64,000 nt of DNA, taken from NCBI GenBank assembly GCA_039621445.1, contig CP154954.1, forward strand, positions 18,772,642 through 18,836,641. Reading direction: 5' to 3'. Made by a program: the position numbers and the translations under genes. The notes beneath the pieces are model-generated. The model saw only the letters and a list, made by a program, of their open reading frames with translations, had not been told where the DNA came from and ran no database searches. Positions 1 through 14,100 of the stretch are shown piece by piece (the stretch's first letter is position 1; the number at the start of each line of letters is the position of its first letter). Source of the stretch: Euglena gracilis (taxonomy: Eukaryota).

Positions 1-90
1 ACCCTTCCATTCTTGTTCGGAAACACCTCTCTTACTTAGGCCAACTTCATTTTGGCGCAGAAGGGACAGTCAGGCGGTGCTGTCCTGTTC

Positions 91-150
91 GTACTCCAGT
101 GCCTTGTTCCCGTCCTGGTCCGTGCCGGGTTGCCATTTCCATAACTGCAC
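91..150 (-). CDS. DDB1: DDB1 exon 32 ([20 protein letters not shown]), 3' boundary uncertain
   Basis: AG acceptor; homology to VRLYEW. Confidence 0.78.
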
Positions 151-3100
151 CTGTGGGGAGGAATGAGCCATCACCATCCTTGTGCAGAATTGTCCGTCTC
201 ACTGCCAGCTTTCCTCAATCCGGAGAAATACGCAATCCCAATTCTCGTCAGCCGCAATTCACCTTCATTGGGTCCCAAACCAACAAAGGGTGCCGGAGGG
301 TACACACACATTTGCATTGCAGCCTGACAGCAGCTTGCCATTGAAAGCACAAAGGCAGAAGCACGCCCCTGTAGCGGAGGAAACGATGGCTGGCATCCAT
401 GCTAAGACCAGGGGAGGGGGAGGGGGAGTTCCTTCCCAGCCACCCACCGGACCACCTCCCCCGAGGGGTTTCCTCTATTTCTGGCGCGAAGAGCCAAAAT
501 TTTTTGGTCTCTAAAATTGACCCATCAAAAGTTGACCCCAAAAGGTTGGTCCCATTTCCATTTGAGAGACCAAATAGTGAGAAAGAATGGTTTCCCATCA
601 CTTTATCGTCATCATTTGTTGGCATTTGCATTTTAAATGGATGCAATAACCCCCAGATATAACCCAGGGATGGGATCTGATCTGATTTGTCAGCTTAAGG
701 GGGGGGGGTAAAAGGTGGGGGGGAAGCAGGGCAAGGAATTGCTGGTCTGTAATCCAACCAATCATTCCATACAATTTGACAAAAATGAAAAGATCACCAA
801 AAAAAAAACAATGCACAATGGACTGAATGATTCACCTTTGATATCCTTCTCAGCTACCAGCAGCAAGCGACTATCCTTCACTTCGAACACCAGCAAACGG
901 CCTCGGGAAGGCTCAGACTCTTCGGGCAAAACGTATGCAGTGCCTGAATATGCAGAGGCACGTGTGTGTGCGCGCACGTGCATGCATGTGTGCGTGTGTG
1001 TGTGTGCGTGCGTGCGTGTGTGTGTGCGTGCATGCGTGCGTGCGTGCGTGCGTGCGCGCATGCACATGCACAGGGGAAAATGGCTGAAAGAAATGACCAT
1101 TTATTGCAAAAACGGGTCGACTTTGGGGGGAAACCGTGACTTGCCAATGGTTGCTTTGATCTTAGGGGTAATAAAATAGGGTTGAATATTGACAAAAAAA
1201 AGCAAAAAAGCACATATGAGAGGGTAAAAGCATGTGTACATGGTGGTGTCCCAAACATGCCTCCGACAAAACGGAGCAGAAAGTTCAGCAGCAGAAAACC
1301 CAGCAGCAGAAAATCCAGCAGACAATTAGGGGGAGTTTCTCAATTCACCCTACATGTCCATAGGATGGGTACCCCCCCCCCTAATTGTCAACCCCCCCCT
1401 CCCATTAAGGGGGGGGGTCATATAGAGGGGGGAGGGTCACGTTACCCATTTCTGGTTTCCGGCTGGGTCCAGTTGGCAGCCGGCTGCCGCAGAAAATCCA
1501 GCAGCAGAAAAGTGGGGTCAGCAGTTCTGCTACATCAGCCAGCCCCAATGGAGTGTGAGGATCTGACTGTCATTGAAGAAAATCCTCCTCATGCAGCAGC
1601 AGAGCCAAGGTCCCCAGCAACTCCTCTCCCTTCACTTACACACCCCAACACCGCAAACTGCCGAAAAGCCACTAGAGAACAGAAAGTTCAGGAAGGCAAT
1701 CTGCCATTGAAAAGCCAGACAGAACCACTATTCGCACCATTTTTGGACCTGAGCATATCGCTGAAAGGTACCCGGCGTCGGTAACACACCGACGACAATG
1801 TACTCCACATCGTCGCCGTCGAAGGTGGTGGTCAGGATGGAGACCCCGTTCTCGTTGGCGTCCAGCTGGTACGTATTGAGGCCTGCGCGGCAGAACAGGG
1901 GTGCGAACCCCATTGGCTCGGACAGCGGAGGTGTGTGGCTGCGGGGAAGCCTGCTGCGCTTCCCCCTTCGCTCAAACCCCTCTGAGGCACGATGGGGAGC
2001 CACACGCAACTGGCCACAAAAACGGACAACAGGTGCTGGACCAGGCACTGTTTTCAGCAATCTGAGAGGGAGGAGGGATGCCCAGGGCGGTGCTTAAGCA
2101 AATAAAAAAAAACTCTGCTGTCCCAGCACACTCAATGCAAAATCCACCGGAAAATGGGAAAATAATTTGGGCATTTTTCGGCGACAACAGGTCGACATCG
2201 GGAAAAAAGTGATTCCTGGTGTCCTTGGACCATCGCTCATCCACCCAAATCATCAAAAGATGTGTGTTTGAACTGTTTAATTTTGGACCCTGTTCAAGTC
2301 CCAGTCTGGTTCTTGGCCGGCCCTATGGCCCAAAGGGGGGGGGGGCGGTCCTTAAGAAAATTAAAAAAAAAACTTTCCTGTCCCTTAAGGACCGCCCTGG
2401 GGATGCCTTGTCCTGTGGAGTGTTCACACATCCCGGCAGGTTTTCCGGGGGAAATGGCTACATTGGTTCAGCGGTGCCTTCCATGCCGGGGAGGGACTGT
2501 ACGCTATGCCATGACCCCCTCCCCCACAAAGGCCGACTGGATCCCAAATTCTCATTCATGATTTCTCATGGTTTTCTGTCATTTTCCGTGCCTACAAAAA
2601 AATAATCACCCATTGGCCCCATTGTGCAATTTCCAACTCTTTCAACTGAAATGGCATAGGTTTATTATCTTGCACCCCATGGCAAGATGGCAATACTGGA
2701 TTTTTGTTATAAAAGGTTGCACCTAACACAAAAGCATACACACGTGTCAATTAAGATCTTTCAATTGAGATCCCACAACAGTTGTTCGTGTCATGTGTGT
2801 GTGTGTTTGTGTGTGTGCGATTTTTTCTAAGTGTGTTGCAACTCTGGCCTGGACATAATGTGTGCCAAGGCTCAGATGCGGCAGGGTGAAAAGTGCTCGG
2901 CGAAAAGTACACCTTTTCACAAGAAAGTTGGGCAAAAGTTTGGCCCTGATGCCAAAACGCCCAACAACATACGATTACACCACATAATTAACAAGAACAT
3001 GACGTGCAATTCACCACATCTCAACCCCACATTCCTCAAACACTCCAGGGCACTAACTTCAGCTTGCTCTTTTGTGTGTGTGTGTCCTTTTTCCTCCACA

Positions 3101-6100
3101 CTTCCAACTTTGCGCCACAATTTTCTTTGAGCCACGAACTTTGTGGCATGAAGCAAAGAGCGAATAAAACAAAAACAAACCCCAAAAAAGATAAAAAGGA
3201 TGGGAGTAAATAAAACACATCTGTCCAAACCTTCAAAGATTAAACTACCAAAAGAAAAATTATCATCCAAAGAAATCTTGTTCGTGTTTCTCCATGATTT
3301 TCGTGAGCTTTCATGATTTTTTGTGTGTTTTGGGAAAACTCCATTTCGTGCTGATTTGTGCTTTGTCGTGTCAAGACAGAGGAAATCCCTGCGACCACCC
3401 AGGGGCAGGGTATTAAATGAGCGGGGAGGAGGTGCGGGTCGGACCCCCTTATACAAAGACTTTCTGGCGCAAAACACCAGAAAAGGTTGGGGGCTTAAGA
3501 AAAAAGTCTAAAAATTTCGTTTTCACAAGCAACCTTGAAAGATCGGCCAAAACATAACCAAAAAAATACCTTCCCCGGCGCAAAGCCCAGGAGAAGTGTT
3601 TTGGTTCCAAGGGAGTCCTGGATCCCCCTCCAGGATTCAAGGGGGGCCTCCTCCCCCACTTAATACCTGCGCGGGGAAGAGGGGGTTGAAAGATCCCTCC
3701 CCCTACCTGCAACAGTATTCCTCCCCAGGGGTGCGCTCAAAAAGATGGCCAGGCCCAACCCTGCTGGCACAGGCACACATTCAAAGGTGTGGTTGTTCAG
3801 GAGCCGCAGGAAATGGACCTCCTCCTCAATGTACAGCCCCTCCAGCATGGCTGTGGAGGAGGGGCAACCATGGTTGGGTGACCCCAGAAATGCGGGTCTG
3901 GCTCTCTGCATTCATTTGGTGGTTGGGGGGCCTTTTCCCCACCCGAACCAAACTGGGACAAAACTGGCTTAGGAATAATTGAAACTGCAAAAAAGAAAGT
4001 AAACTATGCAAAAAAAATGACCTTGTTGATGATTTTTGACCCAAAGTTTGGGGTGGGCAGCACTTTTTACTGGCTGCACACCTGGTGATTTTTCCCAGTC
4101 GAAATTCTCCCAACCTACTTCTGGGCAACGTTTCGGGAAAAGTTCACCTTGAAAATCCCCCCATAATCCCCAAAAAAGTTGGTTGGACAAAAGCCAAACC
4201 TGAGATTGGCAATGCAGACAGGCAGTATTTTTTAACCAATTGCAAAATTATCCTTAAAATTTGCCGTTTTTGAACAAAATTTTGTCAAATATTGGTGCCT
4301 TTGTTTTCTGTCATGACGGTCTTTTTGATACAATGCCTTTGCTGTGGGAAACGAAAGCCCAAGATTTGCCAAGATCGTCTAAAAATTCTGCCTCTGCCCC
4401 CTGGTTCGGAACGTTGTTGTTGGGTGGATTATCAGAATTGTGTAATTTAACAGCAGCCTGCAACTAAAAGCACCCCGGGGGGCCCATAGTTGTACACAGG
4501 GGGGGGGGGGTCGTATGGTAGGACCAGGGTCAGATTTTTCGACTTTTTGGTCCCGCCGCCAGGGAACCACGCGGTTTCCGGGCCACTGGCAGCGGATTCG
4601 GGAGGATGTGGGCTGATTTTTAGGAATAGGGTTAGGGTTAGGATTGGTGCGCCGAAAATCGTCCCTTTTCGGAGGTCCCATTTTGGGAAGACGTTCAGGT
4701 CACCCATCAGTTGAAAAAATGCTGGAATTCAGCCCAATTTCGACCGAACTCAGTCCGAAATGCGGCCCAACTTCTCCTTAAGTTCCGAAAAAGGAGAGTC
4801 CACCAGAGGTGCGGTCGGAACCGTAACCCTGTCCCCAACAATAACCCCGACTTCCGAAAGTAGGACTCGGGTCCCACCATACGACCCCCCCCCACCGCCT
4901 ACAACTATAGGGCCGCAAGTGGCTAGAAAAAGGTGCTGGATAGCTGGCTGGACCTCTCCCCGGGCAAGGGTGAGGTCCGGCTTTAGAAATTCCCTGATTC
5001 AGGTCCATAACTTCCTCACCAGAAATGTGCATGTCAGATTGTCAATCATCCTGTGAAAGAGACATTTCTGGTGAAACCATTTCTCGTAATGAATTACTTG
5101 ACCCAGAAAAAACTTTTTTCAGGGGGGTCAGATTGGGTCCAACAGAGGAGGGGGTCAAGTTTGGCGGTCCAGTTGGGCCAAGGGGGTCAATAGTTGGGGG
5201 GGGGGGTATCACAGGGGGGAGGCATTTTGGGGTGAGGTATTTTGTCCGAGTTTGGCCCATTTTGGAACCTGTTTAAACAAAAAAAAGACACTGCCATGGA
5301 TGGGTGTTAAAACTTGTCGATGGGTGGCAGGATTCAACATGGACCTGCCTTATATGTATTTACTTTTATACTTATATATTATACTTATGTATTTATTCAC
5401 TTTTACATTTTGTTTTTTAAACTTTCACCTCACATGTATTTAAAAGATGTACTTACCTCATGGCCAAAATGACCAGGAACGAAACCCCGGGCCAAACAAA
5501 AATGCCTCAAATCGGCCAAAAATGCAAATTTGAGCACTTTGCAGGCAAAAATGCCAAACCCCCTAGACTTCTTCAACCCATAGCGGCAGAGAGAGGAAAT
5601 TTCGGCTTCCTCGGGGCTGTTCCTGGGACCCGGCAGTACACCTTACACCTTGAAGGGGCAACAGGGAGCAGACCCCAATTGCAGAGCACACCATTGGACC
5701 CCAGCGGGTCAGAGGGGCCGCCAGCCGGCTGGCTGAGCACCGTGCCTTGTGCCGGCACCGTGTAGCCCGGGGACCTGCGGGTGGCGGGGACACGGGGGTG
5801 TCCGACCTGTAATTCCCCCAAATCCGGCGTTGTTGGGAATCCGGAGGTGGAGGAAATGCGGGGAGGGGGGGCGCTGTGCAACCGTCATAACAATTTTAAG
5901 GCGCCTTTAAAACCTTAAAATGCCTGAAAATTTCGGCCTGGCAGAAGTCTCCGATTAACAAAAATGAAATCGCAAAATCTCGGCTTCGGGAAGCAAATGA
6001 TTTCTGGCATCGCTGGAACACTGAGAATCCAGTCAAAACTCAAAAAAATGTGTGGTTTGACTTTTTGATTTTGGACCACGCATAATCAAACACGTCGGTT

Positions 6101-8052
6101 CGATGCCCGGAGAGCCCTTGGACCACCACGCCTTAAAAAGCCTTAAATGGCTTAAAATTTTGAAAAAAAATTGCCTTAAAAAATAATGCCTGCTGTATGG
6201 GAAGGCCTGATGGAGGGGGGGGGGTCGTTCATCACGGGGTGCTACTGATACCTTTCACACATGGAACGGTTCACCCCCTTTCGTTATCCTTGTGTGCAAT
6301 GCAATGGCCGCCATCCTGTCAGATTGGGGTGTACTTGGCAGAGAAGGCATGGTATTCAGCCTCGCCACCTTTGCTATTCCGCCAACTGCATTAGCGCCAA
6401 CGCCATAATCCTTGGAGTGGTGGCCATTCCTGAGCGAGATCCCTTCCCTCCCTTGGAACAGAAGTTGGGCAGGGTTGTGCTGGGGCTCAAGCACCAAAAG
6501 TCAAGCCAGGCATTTCAGCTGTTAGAGGCCGTTTAAAGCCATTTATTTTGTCTTTTTAGGGCGTTCAAGGCCCAGGCCATTTCTGGTCGTTTTGGGCCAT
6601 TTTGGGTCGTTTTGTGGACATTTCAGGGTGGTTTGGATCGTTTCAGGCAATTTTGGGCCATTTTAGGCTGTTTTGGGGTGCTTTAGCTAAGATGCCTGTG
6701 GTGAGGGTTAACCCACCTCAGGAAACCTCAGGAAACAGGTTGTGGCTGGCTGCACACCCAACCCCCTGAAGCCGGTCCCCTCCGGCTTGTGCGACGCCCC
6801 AGTCCACCACCCAACAGGGGGGGGGGGGTGCCGGAATTCCCGCAGAGCGTGGCGCAGAGGAGGGGGGGGGGGGGGCGGCACCGGCTGCTGAGGAGGGCGA
6901 ACGCCTGGGAGCTCTGATGGAAGACGATCTTGCGGGGCTGCTCCCCCAGCCAGGGGTCAAGATAGGGGGTGGGGGGGCACCCCCAACCCCACCCAAACAG
7001 TGGCGAGGTGTGGGTGACCAATTCTCAGCCCGGCATGAAGTGCCGGGCCGAAGGTTTTTGAGCCCCCAAACGACCAAACGTGCCAATTTCGGGACTTTTT
7101 GGGGCAAAAATTTGTCAAAAACGTAAAAAATTTTCGGCGAAAAGTGCTGGAAGGAAATATTTGGCCTTTGTGGGGGGTCCTGGGTATCCGGGTCGATCTG
7201 GGCCCCCCTTGGCAGGCGGGGGGTGGTCTACACCCCCCCTCTGGTCCAGGAGGGGGGGGGACACCCGACCTAAACCCCGAACACCATCCTTATGTCCTTA
7301 TGGCGAACCCTGCCCCCAGCGGCACGGTGCGGATGTGCAGCTTCTGGATGGCGTCGATGGTCCCTGTGACACAAGACAGAGCGCTGACAACAAGCTCTCT
7401 CTGACGACAAACTCGGGCGATGTCACCATAGTTTCACTTAGCGACGACCCCCAGGGGTGGGCACTTTCCCGCCCAAACCCACCCACACCCAACCCTCTCT
7501 TTCAAAAACCCCCCCCCCACACCCGCCTGGGGGGGGGGGGGGGTGCCCACCCACTCACCCACCCGAAACCCACCTGAAATCGGCGAAAACCCCTTGAAAT
7601 TTTTACAGCCAGGCCGACTGACCCATAGTGCACCCCATCCCATCCGTCCCCCGGGGGAGGGGTCCAGCAGCCAACCCACTCTTGAAAACCCCTCGGGGAG
7701 GGTCATGCAAGCGTTACATGAAACCATGGTGTCAACTTCATCGAGTGAATGCCACCTGGGCATCCCAGGATGAAAGGTGACAGAAGTGCACACCTACACC
7801 CCCCCAGATAGTGTCCCCGCCCTCCCCCCTCCTCGAGTAGAACCCCCCCAGTTTTTAACCGTGGACAAGAGAAGGGGAGAAAGTACCCCGAATAGAAGCC
7901 CCCGCTCCTCGGTTTTCAGCCAACGGTCCGAATACAAGCCCCGAGGGACTCCTATTCATAGGGGAGGTTACACGTACACAGAAACATGAAACATCCACAC
8001 ACGGCAAATACAATAAACACCACCCACACCCATCCGCGCGCGCGCGCGCGCG

Positions 8053-8106
<54 letters not shown>

Positions 8107-11100
8107 CACGCACACCCAAGACCAAGTTCTCCTCACAGATCAGAGCCAAGCAGCTGTCATGTTGGAGGTGTTGGCTGTTGAACTGGCACACAAACTGCAC
8201 CTCCTGCAAGAGAATAAGGAGTGAAAGACAGCGATGGACGTCCAGGGCGGTGCTCAACAAAATTAGAAAACCTCTGCTGTCCCAGCACATTCCAACTAAA
8301 TATCCAAATGTTCCCACCCATCAGAAGCCCTTTTGTTTCAAAACGGCTTTTCGGCAAAACGGCAAAAAATGCCGTTTCGCCGTTGGCAAAACGGCGAAAA
8401 AGCCAAAAGGCCGAAATGAAACACATACGGGTGGGAACATTGGAAAAAGGGCAAAAAAAAACTGGCAATTTATTGGCAAAACAAGTGGACGGCGTGTTTC
8501 TCCAGTCCGGCCCTAAGCCGGTTCTTCGGCCAAAGGTCCTCCAGGGCCAGTCCCTGACAGGAAAAAAAAAAACAGCCTGTCCCTTGTAGACCGCCCGCGG
8601 AGAGCTATGTGTGAGGAGAAAAAACTGATCACACCTTCAAATTCACATTGCTAAACAACAGCTTCCGATTGAGAGGCAGGGGGCGATATGAGAAGCATGG
8701 TGTAAATGCGTTATGGCTCCCGTCCAAACGAAGACTCCCAGTTTACCTGCTCAGCAGATTTCTTTAAGAAATGGGGGGAGAAACATGCGTTGCCCCGACT
8801 CCTTCACAAAGGGCATAGAGCATTGAAAAAAAAAATTGTGTTGTTGCATGGTGTTGTTGAAAAACAAACGACAGAGCTTCCAAAGCCACAATGGAGATGG
8901 GAATAAGGCCGATGCAGTAAAGTCAGACAGCATGGCATGTCTTCCACCGCAGTCTTTTCTCCCAACCTGATGGGTGATGGGAACGGTAACGGGGAAAAGA
9001 AAGGGGTGGGTAAGGTATTTTCACAAAAAATTTCTTTCTCAAAAAAGGGCGGTTCACAAAAAATTTCTGGCATTTCTGGCACGCCCGAACCCAACACCCT
9101 GGCCCCTGCCTGGGAGCCCCCCGGGGGTCCAACACAAGACCCCTCCCCGGTTAAAAAAAAAGCCCGATGGGGAAACCCCCAACCCCCTCCACTTGCACAT
9201 GTCAACCCCTGGCCGGAGGAGTAGATGACGGTGGGGCGGTCGCTGGTCACAAACACGTGCTGCTGGTGGGACGACGGCCCAGTACGGCCTCCAGCGCCCG
9301 AGGAGCCGGAGAGGAAGAGGGAGAGCGTGATGGGCTGCGACCCGATGGTGAGCCGCTTCTCCAGGTGCCTGCGAGGGGGTGGCGGCCGGGCGGCTTCTGC
9401 CGTGTGACGCCGCAAACCGCTGCCACCTTGTTATCCAAGTATTGCAACCACGTCCCAAAAAACACTGTCGACAAAAAAGATACTGGTTAACCACCCAAAC
9501 CCCCGAGGAACGCTGCCCAGGCAGTATTATTGAAGGAGCCTGAAAAAATCTTAAAACGTCCCTTAAAATATTTGGCAAAAGTGCCTTAAAATGCCTTGAA
9601 GTGCCTTAAAAAAAAATTGGACTGGCAGAATTTGATCGGACGAAATAACAATAAAATGAAAACGCAAAATCGGCAAAAAACAGCCCAACTCCGGGAATAA
9701 AATGAAATCTGGCATCGCTGTGATGTCTATCCAAACAAAAAAATGTTTTTTTCCGACTTTTTTTGATTTTGGACCACATACAAAGTCAAAAATGTTGGTT
9801 CCATGGTGGGACAGTCCTTGGACCGCACTGGAAAATAGCGCCTTAAAAATGCCTTAAAATGCCTTAAATTTTTGGGGGGAAAATGCTTTTAAAAACAAAG
9901 ATGCTGCCTGGTGACGACCTCCCTGGTGATGATGACGATGAATAATGAACCCCCAAAAGCCCCTCCAGTTCACTCCGATGAAGCAGGGCGGTCCTTGTCC
10001 CGTCCTACCACATTCAATGATAAATAATACCCCCCCAAATAACCTGGCCGGGTTCTTGCTCCTGGCGGGGGCCGAATAACCTGGCGGGGGGAGGGGCAAA
10101 AAAAGATGGTTCCAGTAACTTGGCGGGGTCCTTTTACATTCCTTACAGCGCTGAAAAAAGGGCCCAAATAACCTGGCGGGGGGGGCAGGGCCAAAAGTTG
10201 GTTCCAATCACCTGGCACCCCGCCAGGTTATTGGGGGGGGGGGGTTACTCAGGGAAAATGCATATGTGCCACACTTTGGCAAAACCGGGTCGACTTCAGG
10301 GGGAAACCCTGCTTTCTGGAATCGTTGGACCTTCACCCATCCACCCCCCCCAAAAAATCGGGAAATGCGGTTTTGTCACTTTAATTCACGACCCTGTTCG
10401 ACACCGGACTGGCCATCGGCCGGCCCTTCGGCCAAAGGGCGGCCCTAAAGGAAAAACCATCCCTCATGGACCGCCCTGCAATGAAGGATAAATTAACAAA
10501 ACAAAAACAATTTGACAAACAAATTCAAAAAACCAAATGATTTCCTAAATTATTTGTTTTGTCATAATCAGGGGCGATCACAATCCATGATTGGTGCATC
10601 TGTGATTGGATTTATGTCTTTTGTTATCTGACAAATTATTGATTTTCTTGGATTTTACGCAAATTGGATGGACTCATGATGTTGTTAGGGAACCTGGGTT
10701 CATTGCCTCTGGTACCAATCACCCCCAGGGGACAAAAAAATTTGCTGAAATTTGGAAAGTAGGGGGGGAAACTCAGGAAAGATCTGGGAAAGTGCAAACC
10801 AAATGCAGGCCATGGGCAAAAAAAAAAGTGTGTGAAAGTACGCCGCACGCCCTCTCCCTGCAATATCCCCCTGGCCTCAAATCTCCCAATAATAAGCGTT
10901 TATCATTTTGGGGTCATGTTCAGGCCAGCGACATGCGTCGTGCTCATTCACCGACCCAAGTGCGGTGCATTCAGGGGGCCGAGGGCATACAGCTTGACGG
11001 CCATGTCCTCCTGGGGGACGCTGTACACCAACAGGTTGCCGTCCCCCAGCCCGCACATCAGGTAGTTCAGCCCGTCGAAATTGCAGCACAACACGGACCG

Positions 11101-14100
11101 GGGCAGCACATCTGGAGGACCAGAAACGAGGGCAGTGGGCTCCTTCACGGAAAAGCGGGGAGTCCGCAGGGACCCCAGGGACTTTCAGTCAGTCCAAATG
11201 GAGGTAAGATTCACCCCCCCCCTCCAATGCCTCAAAAAAATTGCTGGAGAGTGCCAACTGACTTCGCCAAATGCTTGCTGATTGCGGATTGCTTCGTTGC
11301 GCTTTGTGCCAGCCCAAAATAAATAAATCACTACCTCCAATGTGCTTGTAAACCTGATGAAGCAGTCAGAGGGGCCAGAAAATTCTTTCAGCAATTTCGG
11401 CTGATTTTGGCTGGATTTTGGGTGGGTGGGTGGTTGACTCCCCGGGGGGGGGGGGGTTGAAAGAAGTGGGGGTGGGTTTGTGCCTGGGAAAAGGTGCCCC
11501 CGGGGAGGTCACTGAGTGAATCTCTGCTCCGGCCGGGCAAAAACCTGACCCATAGCGCAACAAGTCCAACTGTTCCAGCGGTGGTTGTCAGCTTTTTCGC
11601 TTGTGCAAACCATAGAAAAAAATATGGAAAGATGAAAACTCCAAAGACTGAAAACAAACATGTTAACCCATTATGAGAAAAAAAATATACCTGCATAATC
11701 TTTAGCCGGAAAACTTGAAAACAGCCCCCCCCCCCCTATATCCAACAAACACTTCAACGAGAAAAAATTTTTTGCAGTCTGAACAATTCGTGAAACACAG
11801 GTTGGTGGTGGGATTTTCAGGGATCCTCACATTTCCATGCTGGCCGAGGCCAAAATGTATCCGTGATTTTCCGTGATTCTCCGTGATTTTCCGTGATTTT
11901 CCGTGAATTTCCTGTTTCCGGAAAAGGTCAAAAGCCACATTCCTTCACGATACACCCTTGTCAAGAGTTCTGAAAACGCTTTCTTCAAAACGGCCGCTGA
12001 ATCAGACACAAAAGCAATGACGTTGCTTGGGACAATCCCCATGTTGCCCCGGCCTCGACAACAGCTGAAGCCACTTCCGATGCCCAACCCCCAAATTTGG
12101 CCCTTTGCAATCCAGCTGAACGCATGCCTCAACGTAGATCTTCCTTTGCATACCCACCAAAATGTTTATGATTGCATGCCCAGAACTGTCAGTCCATTCA
12201 TCAGTTCCTATCCACACCTGTATACGAAAATAAAAGGCGCACAGGAGGGGAAAAAACAACATTTTGTCCTTGAATTTTTTTTTGATTGCCCCCAAATGGG
12301 TTGCCAAAATCCTGTCAGCGGACCGCTATAGCGATTGACCCTTCTGGATGCAGCCTGGGCGGAAAGGTGGAAGGTCATTTCTGAATAGGCAAAAACCCAC
12401 ACACCCTCAACTTGTGTGTATTTCTGGAGAACCTCTAACACCTCTAATGCTTTCGTGGTCCAATTTTGTGACAGAATGGAGGAAAGCGGCCCACAAAACC
12501 ATCTGTGATTGTCTAAGTGAGGATTTGCTTCTTCACCGACTCCCAAAAATCCAACTGCTTCAGGGGTGTCTTGGCTAGGAAGAAAATCCATGATTATGTA
12601 AGGACAAACACACGTTCGGCCACAGCAACAAATGAATTTTCTACATTTTCACCTTTGCAACAGAAGGGCCCGGTTCAAACATTCAAGCATTCAAAAAGAA
12701 GGCCCAAAAAAATTTTCCGAATCCCCGCCTCATCCGTGAATTTCCGTGATTTTACGAGATTTCCGTGAAAATGGCCTTCTGCCCATTTCCGTGATCCTCC
12801 ATGAATTTCCGTGAATTTCCTTTTCAGGAAGTGTGAGGATCCCTGAATTTTCCTTCGAAGCAGTTCTTAGACAGGCATGCACTCCACCCACCAGTGGCCA
12901 ATGGCAGCTTGTACACCAAATCCAGGTTCGGGAGGGACAGGATGTTCAGGCTGACGTCCACCCATAGGCCCTGTGGGGTGTGATATTGTCGAAAGGGGGT
13001 TCCTTTGGGGGCCTGATCAGCGCTGGGGGCTGTTTCGCCAAACAGTCCTTGGCGAATGGGTTTTCCAAAAGCAGATGTTGCACTGGTTAAAGCCGGGCGA
13101 TGGTGCCCCTGTGGGAGGGGGGGCAGTGAATCTATTCACATCAATCCGACCTGCATGATCCAACCCGCTCAGAGGACGGGTTTGACAGAAGAAGACATTG
13201 AATAGAGCAGTTTTTGAGAAGTATATGCCCTCCCCTCGGGGTCGACCCACCCACTCGCCAAAAAAATGCCCAATTGAAATAACCTTGCAACACTGGACAA
13301 AACCCACCCACTCCCAACCTCCCAGGGTGGGGAGGGTCAATGCATCTTTGACAAGGGGCAGGGATTAGGGGGACCCCCCCCCTACCTCCCCCCGGGATCA
13401 ATTTCGAGGTTCCACAGAGATATTCAGCGCTTCATGCCAAAAAGGGCGGAAAACCTCAACTTGACTCCCGGGGAGAGAGGGGGAGGGCAGACTCACCCAC
13501 CCAACCCCTCCCCCTCCCTGCCTGGGGGTCCAACCTTTTGAAAAATCCCTGACAAGGGTGCTGCTCAGCAGACACACCGCCAACGTTACGGGACGCATGT
13601 AAAAGTTTCGTATTGCAAAATGTTTGATGTTGTTGACGTTGCAGACACAGACACGAACAGCACACCAACGCACAGTAATTAGCATGGGACTCCTGGTCCA
13701 AGGGGTGGATGTCGATGCAAGCAATCTCATGGGGAAGCTTGGTTTGCCTGTAAATGGAAGCAATATGTCCTTGCCCTGCAATTGCGGCGACTCAGGGGGT
13801 TATTTGCACATGACTTCTGCAAAACAGGGACTTCAACCCAGAATGCATCTTTACAAATATTAAAAACAAACATGGGGTGATGGTGCTTGGGGGGGCAAAC
13901 AACTCAACAGGTGTCCTGGTGCAGATGGCATTCCTCATTTCAAACAGTGATTACCACCAGCAACTGTGCCCTCAGAGATGGAGAAAGCAAAAAATCGCTG
14001 CTGTAAGAGCCCAAAAACAACAGGTGTCGGGCACCTGCTTCTTTACAACCCAGAAGGGGACGGGGCTGCACTGTGCAATGGGATGCCTGTCCACAGTGCC

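Noticed and set aside
5020-5050. Possible small AG/GT exon ([10 protein letters not shown])
   Set aside because: Exons 27 and 28 already join in phase and it has no DDB1 similarity
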